This document shows, piece after piece, positions 1-36,264 of a stretch of DNA of 64,000 nt; position 1 is the first letter of the stretch; every line of letters begins with the position of its first letter. The stretch is from Chrysomallon squamiferum (Eukaryota; Animalia; Mollusca): the NCBI GenBank assembly GCA_012295275.1, contig CM022670.1, forward strand, positions 13,330,001-13,394,000, read 5' to 3'. The notes under the pieces are model-generated. The model was not told the origin of the DNA. It worked only from the letters and a program-made list of their open reading frames with translations, and did not search any database. The position numbers and the translations under genes are program-made.

Positions 1-75
1 GACACAGTTATTAATAACTTTTATTTATTTGTTTGTTTGTTTATTTGTGAATCTGTTGCTCTGTTTGTTTCTTAC

Positions 76-1521
76 CTTTTCGCTGAAAATTGATCTCACC
101 GAATCAGTTTCGTATAGGATTTGCTTAAACCAGAGTTCATAAGCTGTAAATAAATAAATAAAAAATCATAATGACTTAAACATGTGTTAATTTATGGACA
201 TAATCTTAGATGAACCTAAACCTCCAACGAGTTATTATTTACAAAAACTTATTATTAACATTCTAATGTAACAAAATCACACTTGATAATTATTTATTAT
301 AAATACTTTAATGATGTGTTTTTGAACGATTTCCCCTGTTAATTAATAAAAATATTTGACCTGTTGAATTATGATAAATATTCACACTGGTAGGATATAC
401 CCTAACAGTTGTTGTACGTGTTTATTGTGTTAGCTTTCTATTCTACACACTGCAGTGAGTTGTGACATACACGTACCCTGATGAGTGATGATACACACTT
501 ACCCTGATGAGTGATGATACACACTTACCCTGATGAGTGATGACATACACGTACCCTGATGAGTGATGATATACACTTACCCTGATGAGTGATGATACAC
601 ACTTACCCTGATGAGTGATGATACACACTTACCCTGATGAGTGATGATACACACTTACCCTGATGAGTAATGACATACACGTACCCTGATGAGTGATGAT
701 ATACACTTACCCTGATGAGTGATGATACACACTTACCCTGATGAGTGATGATACACACTTACCCTGATGAGTGATGATGAAAAGCGACTCATCGTGGGCC
801 ACTTCTCCATGGATGGAGCTCTGAGGTTGCTGGCAGCTCAGAAGTTTCTCCAGCTGTAAAATAAATTTCAGTTTTACACCTTTATGTATGTTAATATGAA
901 TATAATACAAATACATAAGTCGGGATGGATGTACGTGCAGAAAACGCATGTTTCTGCGTATATTAATTTTATGGAATATGTGTGTTTGTATTCTTTCTCT
1001 TTGTATAAAGTGTGTAAATATATAATATGAAAGTTAGTAATGTGCACTGACTGAAATTTATGCACACATATATTTGTCTTTTACATATCTTACCCGAAAC
1101 ATTTTTACGAAATACTTTCAAACATTCCACCACATGATTATAAGAAATCCTATCGTATTAAAATTGCCAAAGATATAATGAAGATCTTGCTCTTTGAAGC
1201 TCGCTGTTCATTTTTATGGCGATATTGATACCTGGACTCCAGGTCGATTTAAATGGGAAATGGTACAACGTACAGCCCTCTTCCCTGTTTATATGTGTGT
1301 GTAAGTATGTATTTATAGATTTGTGTACGAATATGTATGTTTCAACGTCTGCAGTTTAACATTAAGTAATAAAATAGCGAATATTTTGTTTACTCTAACA
1401 ATAAATATAATTAAATCTAAAGCTGTTGTTCTCTTTCATGCATGTACACTGTTCTAATGTTCAGAAAACTCACCATAAGATAGTTATGGTAATTCAGACG
1501 TGTTGATTTCTGTTGAGACAT
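76..1521 (-). CDS. TDO2: Tryptophan 2,3-dioxygenase, 5' partial (continues beyond window start)
   Basis: Exons 1521-1474 (MSQQKSTRLNYHNYLM|GTGAGT), 853-763 (91 nt, LEKLLSCQQPQSSIHGEVAHDESLFIITHQ G|GTAAGT) and 143-76 (AYELWFKQILYETDSVRSIFSEK|GTAAG). Phases join in frame and give the TDO signature Y..YL.L..lL..Q...HDExLFIITHQAYELWFKQIL. An acceptor at 1536-1537 implies an upstream exon, so the true start may lie further upstream. Confidence 0.93.
463..778 (-). repeat. 26-bp tandem repeat (12 copies) derived from the TDO2 exon/5' splice-site junction
   Basis: Unit starts on + at 471, 497, 523, 549, 575, 601, 627, 653, 679, 705, 731 and 757. Minus-strand unit is ATCATCACTCATCAGG|GTAAGTGTGT. Copies at 471, 549 and 679 carry GTACGT instead. 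Confidence 0.97.
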
Positions 1522-2868
1522 TTTCGATGAGAAATCTGAAGAAATAAAAATCAAATTAATGAAGAAAGATATGGCGAAATCTGAATATAGAACAACTCAA
1601 GAAAGAAAGAAAGAAAAACTACTAAGTACAAAAATATGAAATCTGTAAAATTCTTAAAAATATATATAAAATATATATATAAAATATATATAAATTTTTA
1701 TTTATCTTTTAATCATGATTTCATATATAAAACTAAAGAAAGGCCTATATATATATATAAAATTTGATACATATATTTTTTATTTATTTATTTATTTTTT
1801 AATCATGATTTCATTCATCATCACTAAAGAAAGGCCTTAAGCACAACAATATTAAAATTTGATCTATGGGTTTGTGGAGAAAATTTCCGTATATAACATT
1901 TTATGAGAAAAGATTTTTAAAATAACAACCGAAAAAAGACACTGTTAGCCCTAAGAATTGCAAGAATGTGTTTAATTGTTATACTTTATTGTTAGCAAAG
2001 ATTGATCTTGACTAACGTTTATAACAGTCATTTGTATTTATTCCAAATATGGTAAAGTAGTAAAGTGTGACAATAAAATAATACTGCTACAAACATTTGA
2101 ACATCGCCATTTTATGCCTATGCCAATAAAGTGTGAAAATAAATAAAACTTGGAAATGAGCCGAACATTTTTACTCTGTTTCTTCATATCACAGTTGCCA
2201 CAATTTAACACGAATGACCCGATGATGTTTTTGTTACATACCATGTGTCGTGTTTACTTTTATTCCCTGTCACTCATGAAATATATATTTTATAAAGTAA
2301 AACTCTTATTTGGGTCATCCATAAATCTAGTGTGTTGTTGTATTTATTAACTGGTTTATACTTAGACTGAAAGTGGAAGTGAAAATGGATCTTTCTTTTA
2401 CATATATGTTTTTTTGTCTGATTGTTTTTGTTATTTCATTTCATTTCATGATGATGCATCTACTGATGATAACGCATCCACAGAGATGTAAATAAATGAG
2501 ACTTTATTGTGGTGAAACTTACAGGGCAGTTAACTAGTAAGCACTACATTGCTAGGGTTATTTATTTATTTATTTATTTGTTTGTTTCTTCATTTATTTA
2601 TTTATTACTGTTGTTGTTGTTATTATTATTATTTATTTGTTTGTTTCTTCATTTATTTATTTATTTATTACTGTTGTTGTTGTTATTTATTTATCGTTTA
2701 TGTACTATTATTATTACTTTTTTCTTCTTCTTCTTTTTTTTTTTTTCTTTCTCTCTCACTTAATTTTTGCAACTAAAAATACGCAACTTCCTAAAGAAAG
2801 GTATGCCATAACCTCTCATGGTTACCAATATTACGCGATTTATTGATTGTTTAACATAATGATTGTAG

Positions 2869-3803
2869 ATTACGTCATTTAACTGTTTTGATTATGACGT
2901 AGTTTCATGTAATCCGTTAGTTACTCTGCAAAGGAGACTGAAATATAAAACTGGTGAGTTATTGTTTGATTAATAACAGCTACAAATAACAATTTTCTTT
3001 AGATTTTTACCTTGTTTCAAACTCTTTCTTGGATTATATTTTTACCTTTCATATGAATTTTCTGCTAAATATGTAGAATTAAGAATTAGAAAAACAAGGC
3101 TTGCTTTAGTAGCAGTTAGCAACAACAGCAGCGGCAGTAGCAATAGCAATAGTAGTAGTAGTAGCAGCAGTGGTAATAGTAGTAATGATAATAATAAATA
3201 AATAAATAAATAAATATGGTCTACCCAGGATAATAAATTATAAATTATTATTCGTCAAGATTCGTATAATGATGCGTAATCAAAAAGATATAAATAAATA
3301 AATAAAAAGGTAGATAGATAGATAAATAAATAAATAACTTTGCATTGCATCTTATACTATTAGGTGCTATTCGAAAAAAAAAAAAAAAAATTGTTCTAAC
3401 AAGTTATATCAAATGAAAAAAAATGACACACTACAACAATAAAATGACGTCATATAATTTACAAATGTAATTTAACAAGGATGTTATGACTGTTACATAA
3501 GCCTAATAATTTCATTCCCCATTTAAAACATTATAAAATGAATAACTGAAACAACGTTAAAATTGGTATTAAAATAAATTAATGTTATTATTATTACGTA
3601 ATAACTGACGTGCACCGTGACAAACGTTTGTCACGGTTATTCTAACCGTAAAATCTACCGATCGTTATTATGAAACGGTAAAATAGCGCGCGCGCGCAGT
3701 GATTATAACAATAAAAATTACGTCATCATATTTATTACATTATTTATATTTTTGATAGACACTGTAACGGGTAAAATTAGTTCGTTTGAAAATGTTACGT
3801 AAA
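2869..3803. promoter_or_regulatory. Cluster of bZIP-type sites (D-box/CRE) in a CpG-enriched patch at the TDO2 5' region
   Basis: ATTACGTCAT at 2869 and 3717, TGACGTCA at 3445, GTTACATAA at 3492, ATTACGTAAT at 3593, GTTACGTAAA at 3794 and (GC)6 at 3686-3697, in an otherwise CpG-poor background. Function is inferred. Confidence 0.5.
3614..3637. repeat. Perfect 24-bp palindrome ACCGTGACAAACGTTTGTCACGGT
   Basis: The two 12-bp arms are exact reverse complements with no spacer. Confidence 0.95.
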
Positions 3804-4086
3804 CAGCACAGCTGGGGGGTCGACAGTAAACCGCAACAAGACTGACTGTTTTTTTTTTTTTTGAACGCTAGTTAATGCAGCTACATCAGGCCTTTTTGAA
3901 CCTTTAGATTCGTAAAATTAAATAATGTTTTGTCAAATGAAACAAACAAACAAACAAATCAATAATAAATAGCTAATTTATTTATTTATTTATTTATTTA
4001 TTTATTGTTTGAAGTTATACTTTATTTCTCTGGATTTCTTTCATTCTTTTTTTTTTTTCTTCTTCTTTTCATTTATTTATCCATTG

Positions 4087-4119
<33 letters not shown>

Positions 4120-4311
4120 GACCAAAACACATCAAACTCTTCGCATACGTTCTATAATGTCATAATAAATATGAATTGTGGTTATTATGACAGTACGTAT
4201 AAAACCTTCTTTGTGGTTATTGCCCAACCGTATTTGCCATGTTAATGGCACAGTCATTTTAGTAAGTTGATATTTAAATAAAAAGGTCGGTGATGACTTG
4301 AAACATTCTGA

Positions 4312-4356
<45 letters not shown>

Positions 4357-4364
4357 TATATATA

Positions 4365-4418
<54 letters not shown>

Positions 4419-5756
4419 TTAAATTGTTAAATTTAGTTGTTGTTTTTTTCTTCTTTGCGCACATACATACATATTTACCTCATTACGTGTATAATTTGTT
4501 ATTTATTTTTTATTTCTGTTTTGTTTCTGGTTTTTATCATTTTATTAAATTTCAACTTTTAGTTAAATTAGGCAGATTTTTTTTTTTTTTTTTTTTTTTT
4601 TGTCAATTCATTTACTGAATCTTTAAAACAAAATGTTAATAAAAATCCCACTCTAACCATTGAGCACACTTTTACATATAACTGTCACCAAAAGAGCCTT
4701 GAATATCGCATGACATTTGTACTCCCATTTCTAAGTAATAGCATCCATAATTTACAAATGAAACCACGAAAGTAATAAGGTCTATCATATTTCTTTCACT
4801 GTGGAAATACAATCTATTATTTGATAAGTTATCGAGTTGATACTGAATTATAACGGTATTCTGTTAACATTTCTAAAATGTATCTCATTACATACGTACA
4901 ACTCTTACTAATTTTGCGCAGTGCATTCTTAAGAATAAATCAGAATTCTGTTGTTATATAGATAAATATCTGCAGAGATAATCTACATTCATAAAATAAT
5001 CTGGATCTGCGACTCAGTGTCAAGAACAAAACTGAAATATTAATTTAAACCATTTTTTGGGGGAAGGAGAAACGTATTATAATATATCTTGTTTAAATCG
5101 ATTCACTAAAAGTTGTAACATTTTAAAAGTTTTAATAATGATTTATTTTAAAAGATTTGTTTATAAGAAGAAATAAATTAAATAAATAATGCACTAATTA
5201 TTCTATTCACATATATTATTATCAGCTTGTAACAATCATCGGAACACTCTGTAAACTACAGTAAATATGAAGTTATAATAAACTAAATTTTGAATTTATC
5301 AAACTGATGATGTATTGTTCGTTTTGAATAAAATAAATGTTTCTTGATCGAAAGTTCGTATTTTACTCGATCAGCTTCTATCACTAACGTCAGAAAACAA
5401 ATAACACGGTTGAACATTAATCTTTGTTTCTCTCATTAATTTAGCTAGTAAATGCATGTATAAAATAAACAAATAAATAATTTGGTCCGAATCGATCTGA
5501 TTCGGTGTTTGTATGTACCAAAATATTATCAGTTTGCCAGTTACGGAAAACTCATATAATATTAATATTACTCAATGGGACAAATATTAAAGTTAGCATA
5601 TTTGCAATGTATTTTCTTGAAACTTAAAGTTCACATAATAATATAAATAATGTGAAATTAGTATATCTGTTATAATTCGTAAATTCAAATCGATAGGTTT
5701 AACTTAGGATAATTTTCGAACTATTATTACAAACAATACCAAAGCAAAAATCTCAC

Positions 5757-5789
5757 CTCGTAGTGTTGGCTGTTTATGAAACTTGCCTG
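5757..5789 (-). other. Candidate upstream (5' UTR or N-terminal) exon of TDO2
   Basis: Pyrimidine tract plus CAGCAG tandem acceptor, and a GAG|GTGAGA donor at 5756-5752. Its phase is compatible with the exon starting at 1535. No homology support. Confidence 0.4.
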
Positions 5790-5930
5790 CTGGAGAAATG
5801 ACAAAACAAGAACTGACTGTGAATGTAAATACAGGATCGGGGCAGACGTATTTTCTTCTTTTTTGTTCTAATTTATTTATAAGACGGTTCAGTTTGTTTC
5901 TCAGCCTTCGCAAAGTCATCTGACGCCTAT

Positions 5931-6160
5931 AATGTCACGTGACATTCCTAATTTGGAAGTAAGACAAATTCAGTGAATGCCGTAACATAAATTACGAACT
6001 GCTTATAGACGCAGTTACGTTTACGTAATAGAAATATAAAAATCTACGGTTTTGTTATCCAGTGAAATGATCAGTCTTTTTAAAATAAAGATATTATTGG
6101 CTGGTCGTAGCAAGAGAAACTGGAGGTAGTTATCACGTAACGGTTGCTTGTTATATATAT
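5931..6160. promoter_or_regulatory. Putative TDO2 promoter elements: palindromic E-box/CLEAR site, D-box, TATA-like run
   Basis: AATGTCACGTGACATT (16-bp palindrome, 5931-5946), TTACGTAAT at 6021, TCACGTAAC at 6133, TATATATA at about 6152. Confidence 0.45.
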
Positions 6161-6268
6161 TATTTCCTGCCAATGGGAACGTGCCTAAGACAGGATCCAT
6201 TGCTTTTAATAATAAAATAAATAAATAAATAAAAAGTGTTACAATTACAAAGTAACATTCCAAACATT

Positions 6269-6273
<5 letters not shown>

Positions 6274-6340
<67 letters not shown>

Positions 6341-6537
6341 GTATTAAAAAGAAAAACAACTCATCTGAGTTATACAATTTAAATTTTTATTGACCGATTT
6401 TATTTCATGATGTACAATATCACACAAGATGCGACTTCAAAACGTGAAGCAGATACAAAAGCAGTATGATGGACGGTGTTAACAAAAATGATTGTTGTGG
6501 ACGGATACGCAATAACTACACTCTAACGAGCATACGT

Positions 6538-6634
<97 letters not shown>
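6274..6634. repeat. Microsatellites (TC)32 and compound (TG)15(AG)32
   Basis: TC run 6274-6337, TG run 6541-6570, AG run 6571-6634. Confidence 0.95.
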
Positions 6635-6636
<2 letters not shown>

Positions 6637-7099
6637 ACTAATAACGCATATTATTTTAAGAATTATTATCAAATCATATTATGTGATCTATTACAGATAA
6701 TTAATTTATTTCAACAGGTTCTTAGCACACTTAATATTTAATTAACTATAGATTACCGACTTGAACGTCTTTATATTAAAACAAAATAATAATTAAAAAG
6801 ACAAATGTCTGAATTGTTTTACACAGAAAATAAATCATTATCCACAAAATCTCTTGAATTGATGGCTACAAATTCAACAAAATTGAATGCTAAACATTTT
6901 GAAGACTTAATTTCGTAATTACATGCATCATTATTTTACTATAGTACATACAGAATTGAAGGTATGGTAACTTAGTATCTTTCCAGAGGGACAGTATGAT
7001 AACAATTCTTATGTATTCAGTAATATTTCTTTAATAAAATGATAGGCTCTTCTTCTTTGTTTTTTGCCCCTTTTTATTCAGCCTACATTAATTATTATA

Positions 7100-7365
7100 T
7101 TAACAGTGCAGTAATGCCACAGAAGTACATACCATTCATTCTAGAATTAACAGTACATTAATATATAAGACGTAAATAACATTGCCTTCTATAAATAACA
7201 GCACATTAATATTCTAGAAGTAACAGTACATTAAAATTCTAGAATATTACATTAAGATTTTCTAGAAGAGTGCTCTATTTAAGAATAAATAGTAATTTAA
7301 CCTTCTATATATTAACAACACAGTATTTTTCTAGATTATAATATTTAAATATTCTAGAAGTAATG
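7100..7365. repeat. Degenerate ~25-bp minisatellite with TTCTAGAA cores
   Basis: Consensus approximately TTCTAGAAGTAACAGTACATTAATA. Exact TTCTAGAA at 7139, 7212, 7237, 7260 and 7352. Confidence 0.75.
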
Positions 7366-9694
7366 GTGATGTAATACCCCCTCAAAACAAAAGCATTTAG
7401 TTTGTAAAATGAATAAATGCTTCTATTTTGAAAGACTCAGCTTCTGTTCAACAAATTCAAATCCTTTTTTTTTTTTTTGATTAACAAATTACAATTGTAG
7501 ATAAAAAAAAAAGATTAAAAAAAAGGACATATACATTAATAGATGGACAGATGACTTCCTGGTAGGATTTCCAATGCCTTCATACCAAACAGCAGTTAAA
7601 ATACAGAAGTAAGGAAATCCATAAACATGTGTTTCATAATGTTTCTAATTAACCATATTGTAACTCACATTCTGAATATTTAGAAAACAAATGCAAGAAA
7701 GAAAAATAGAACAACAAAAAAAAAAAAGAAAAAAGTAAAACTAACTTTGAACATTTGTATAACAATACTGATTGAAATATCATATAAAAGAGCAGTGACA
7801 TTTGTCTAAACATTTTTTTAATTTGTTTTAAATGAAATATTTTGGTCAAGTATCTTTCATTTTTAATCTTTTTTTTTTTTCATTTTATTTTAAAAGATTG
7901 AATAAATAAATAAATAAATAAATATTTAAAAGTTATGTTTAAGACATTATTTAGCTATATATAAAGAATTTTATAATCACAAATAATTTTTTCTTTTTAT
8001 TTATTTATTTAATGTTTTAAACTCTCTCTTTTGATATTCATTTTACTTAATAACCAATTAATATTTTTTTTAAACAGTAAGACAAAGCTGACATGATATC
8101 TATATATCTGATATCCTGAAGCAGTGTAAAACCATTATTATGCTACCAAAAAGTAATTTACAAACAGAATGATACATATTATATCAGAGACTTTTTAACC
8201 TATAAACAGAGAATTTAAAATTATTCTTAAGTCACTTAATCAAGCTATTTGAATGGATAAATTACTTTACTGTTTTGTTATAAATATATTTAAGTGAAAC
8301 CTTAACATCCTAATTTGAATTATTCATATTATGCACATAAACTATTGGATAAACAGATGATTATAACTTTAATGTAAATGCAGTTTGATTGTAAATGCTT
8401 TGTATCTAAGTATAGTTTAAGCCTAATGAAAATAAGCACACACAATGAAATGTTTTTCTTAAGACGTCAAAAATAATTTGTCTTTAAAACTAAGAGAAAA
8501 GAAAAGACAGAATTTTAATCACTAAGCAGGCCAGTTGTTGAATAAATATAACAAATGAAAAACAAAAAAAAAATGTAAAAGATTCACAAACCCTTCCCAC
8601 AAACTTTTATAAGATTACAAAATTACTGAAAGCTACCTGAATTATGTAAAAAATCATCATTGTTATTTAAAGACAATTACTTAAAACTAAAGACATGGAG
8701 ATATAAATAAAATAATTCAGAGCATGTGGATATACTAATACTGTGTCATTTTTGGCTAGAAAGTTTAATATGATATGACAAAATATTAACTAAATATTTT
8801 ATTGTATTAAAGGCCGTAAACACAGCTGTCTTAAAAATATTATATTTCACAGAATCAGGATACCACCACTTTCTTTTAATGAAAGACAAAAATTTTAAAT
8901 TAGTGTAAGTGCATGTGGTATGTTCTAAACTACACATCACAATACTGAATAACTGTTCTTTAAGCAAACACTTATTTTAAATTCAAAATCAGTTTGTAAG
9001 TTAAACTTACAATCCATACCTCCCAAAAAAAAAAGTGTCTCCTCTCACTAATAACACTGACTATGAATACATTACTTACAAACCTCTCACAATGATAATC
9101 ACATTTGTTTCATCATTCGTTATCAAATTAATTCTGTTAATTAATAAAGTTCATAACATTCGAATATTTTCTAAAAACATTTTTTTTTTAACAGTTTTTA
9201 GGTACTTTAATGCCAACTTAACACAAACTGAAATATATAAATCACAGCTGAGTTATCCCAACAGTGACAGCAGTCAGATGAAACAAAATCATTTTTATTT
9301 ACATTTCTTACATTTAACTAGACTCACTTTTCTGTAAACAACATTTTTATAAAAAAAAAAAAAGAGAATTGTGATATAATAGTGAATGATGAAAAATATA
9401 TGTGAAAAAAAGACAAGTAAGATGAAACAAAAATAAGAATGTAATAAAAATTGCTATTAATTTTAGCTTTATATCCCAAAAGAATGACTGGCAGACAAAA
9501 TATTTTTAGTTTCGTCATTTCTTTTTTTTTTTTAGATGTATTTTAATATTTCTGTTGTGTTAATTGTCTACTATATATTTTGTTTGTTTGTTAAATTCAG
9601 CATTACACAGAGAAAACAAGATACCATTGCACTAACTTTCTAAATCATAAAATATAAAACAAATATGTCACTCAGCAGCTGTATTTTCTCCAGT

Positions 9695-33708
<24,014 letters not shown>

Positions 33709-34456
33709 TTTCCACGATCTGCATATAATTTTTATTTATCCATTTAAATATTTGTTTTTAATGTGTGTGTTTTTTAACACGTTATTAATGATGAATGAAG
33801 TGTAGATCAGAGTAACCAAGTGTCAGTCTATTGTCGCTAATTTGCTTTTGATTGCGAAATCCTTTGTAATCCGGATTTTATATCAAATTCACTTCATTTC
33901 ATCTTCTGCTAAAGATCTTTCCAAAACGCTGACATCAAGTTTATTTATAAAATAACAAACACTGTAACAAACAATTACTCTCTACTTCGCCTTCCTCATG
34001 GACTCCAATGTAAACTATTCCATTATACTATTTTCTAAAAACAACGTATGACAATTTTGATAGGTGTTGATTTTAAACATAAAAAGTACATAGTGCTTAA
34101 CAACAAATTCGAAATATTAGTTTCACTTACTGAAAATCAAAATACTTTAGGGACATATAAAAAAAAAAAAAAAAAAAAAAATGTATTTAAATTATAATCT
34201 GTCATCTAGAATGTATTCTTTGAATGGAATACACTAAATGTACAAGTTTTTTTTTGAGCGAAAAGACAATATTCACATAAAATATTTGTTTTAAATAATA
34301 AAATAATCCTTATTATATTTTTAGTCAGATATTTAATAAATATTAATATTACTATTTATGTAGGTTATATACTAAAATTTAGATAACATGTATGTGTTGT
34401 CAAACGTTTTATTTTATAAAAATATTTTCCGATTCTAACAAATATCAGGAAACAAA
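33709..34456. promoter_or_regulatory. Putative bidirectional promoter region NEK1/NDUFA2
   Basis: Divergent start codons only about 750 bp apart. Confidence 0.7.
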
Positions 34457-36264
34457 ATGGCAGCGGCAATTCGACTAGGTCAACATTTGAAAGAACTTAG
34501 AATACATCTGTGTCAAAAGTCAGCAGCCAGCAAAGGTGTTAGGTATAGAGAATATTTGATTACATAGATTGGCTTTATTTAAACTGTTCAATTTATTATT
34601 CTCTCCGAAATATTTAAATAAAGTCCTAATACTATTTTAAATTAAGACTTAGATGTTTCCATTATTTTGACCTCCAGACTGACGACAGTTATGTTCTTTA
34701 AAACGTGTTTAATACATAGTTTGTTACGTCTTTTTTTCCATTGAGCTTAATTTATAATATCGTTGTTTCAGATTTTAATTTAATTTTTGTATTATTTTAA
34801 TGCATTACAATAATCGAATATGTGAATTATAATTACAATATCTTGAAATAATATTATTATGGAAAAAAAATTAAATTAAATTAAATTATCTATCACTGAT
34901 ATAACTCCTCAGCTTTTAAAACTAATATTATTTTCTTTAATATTTGCTTTGGTACAGAACTAATGCTATTTAAATTTATAAAGTTAGTGAATGATTAATT
35001 AGGCAAGATAAAAGAAACAACAAAAAACACTTGTTTGCCATCCCCATCTGACCTTAGAGATGCCCCCAGCCACCAGATATATATGATATTTTTTTCTTTT
35101 TCGAAAAACCCTTCATGCCTAATATAATATTATCCAGTGATTGTACAATCAATGACAAACTTCCTCCTGATGACACTGACACCGTCAGACCACTTGTACA
35201 TGTGAATAAACACCAGTTCCAATTTTTTTCTGTTCAACTATTTTCTGGTATTTGTGATATGCTACTTAGCCAAGGAAGGTTGTAGTATGCCTTCTGTCGA
35301 TATTATGCATTTGGAATTTTATTGTACATTTTGCAGTTTAGACATGATGACAATTGTTGAAGATGACATGCAATACACACAATGAAAAACGAAAAATCAA
35401 AAATCTCCATCTTGATATACAAAAAATGAAATAAGTATTTTTATTATGTGGCTTTGTTAAAGACTAAAGGGAAAATACCTGTTTAATTAGAAGACATTTA
35501 AAAAACTGTAGATAATCATAATGTAATTTTAAATAAATTAACTTTGTTTTTGCTGCACAGCAAAAGTAAGCCTTAGTAATAAAGATTTATTTTTATTCCA
35601 AACAGGGAATTCATTGAAAATCACTATGTATCCTTGAAGAAAAATAATCCCAAATTTCCAGTACTTATTCGTGAATGCAGTGGTGTGCAGCCTAAGCTGT
35701 ATGCAAGATATGGTGAGTATTTATGACTGCTAATAATTTAAATCATTATTAATACTTCTTCCATTGATTACAGGTGTAATCTTTAAATTATAATCTAATC
35801 CAGATTGATAACTGTAATGATTATAACATTAAAGAGTACTCTAAAGTAACTTATTTATATTATACACCCTTTAACCATTGAATTGTAACTAAATTGTATA
35901 TCTGCTTTTTTAATCATCTGGCATTATAATTTAAAGTTAAAACATTTAATAATAATAATAAATGAAATTAAAAAATTTCAGTACCAAATGTTTTTATATT
36001 GCTAGATTCTTCAGTTTATAGCCACAGAAAGGTATTCTATGAGTATCAACATTGTTGTTGGAAATCAGAATTAATATTAATATGTAACAATGTTCTTTCC
36101 TCTGTATATAATTATTTTTAGTTTATTTTGGATATGCTTTCTATATAAAATAAAATTTTAGTAACTGTTTTATTTCAGAATTTGGCAAGGAATCTAGCCT
36201 GTCATTATCTGACATGAGTTCTGATCAGGTGGCAAAAGCAATCGAAACCCTGGCAAAACGATGA
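34457..36264 (+). CDS. NDUFA2: NADH dehydrogenase (ubiquinone) 1 alpha subcomplex subunit 2 (B8)
   Basis: Exons 34457-34542, 35606-35712 and 36179-36264 give 92 aa: [74 protein letters not shown]...; diagnostic ELRIHLCQ and [10 protein letters not shown] motifs. Confidence 0.97.

Noticed and set aside
443-780. Repeat array as a CRISPR array or as a repetitive ORF (443..628)
   Set aside because: There are no unique spacers and the context is a eukaryotic intron. The ORF is just the 78-nt three-unit periodicity.
782-797. HDESLF instead of HDEHLF as a sign of an inactive TDO
   Set aside because: That position varies among TDOs (bacterial enzymes have HDEMLF), and the functional His in FIITHQ is retained.
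1094-1284. Exon-like segment (AG...GTAAG) in a TDO2 intron
   Set aside because: It has stops in all three frames and no TDO similarity. The flanking exons join in frame without it.
2509-4618. Poly-Leu/Ile/Asn/Tyr ORFs from the ORF track (also about 18400, 28700 and 58800)
   Set aside because: They are translations of (ATT)n, (AT)n and (TTTA)n microsatellites.
6021-6263. ORF containing DNYLQ, resembling the TDO N-terminal YxxYL motif
   Set aside because: There is no phase-compatible donor. The exon at 1521-1474 supplies YHNYL with a perfect donor.
35344-35440. Intronic C box ATGATGA suggesting a C/D snoRNA (also 39072 on the minus strand)
   Set aside because: No properly spaced CTGA D box or terminal stem was found.
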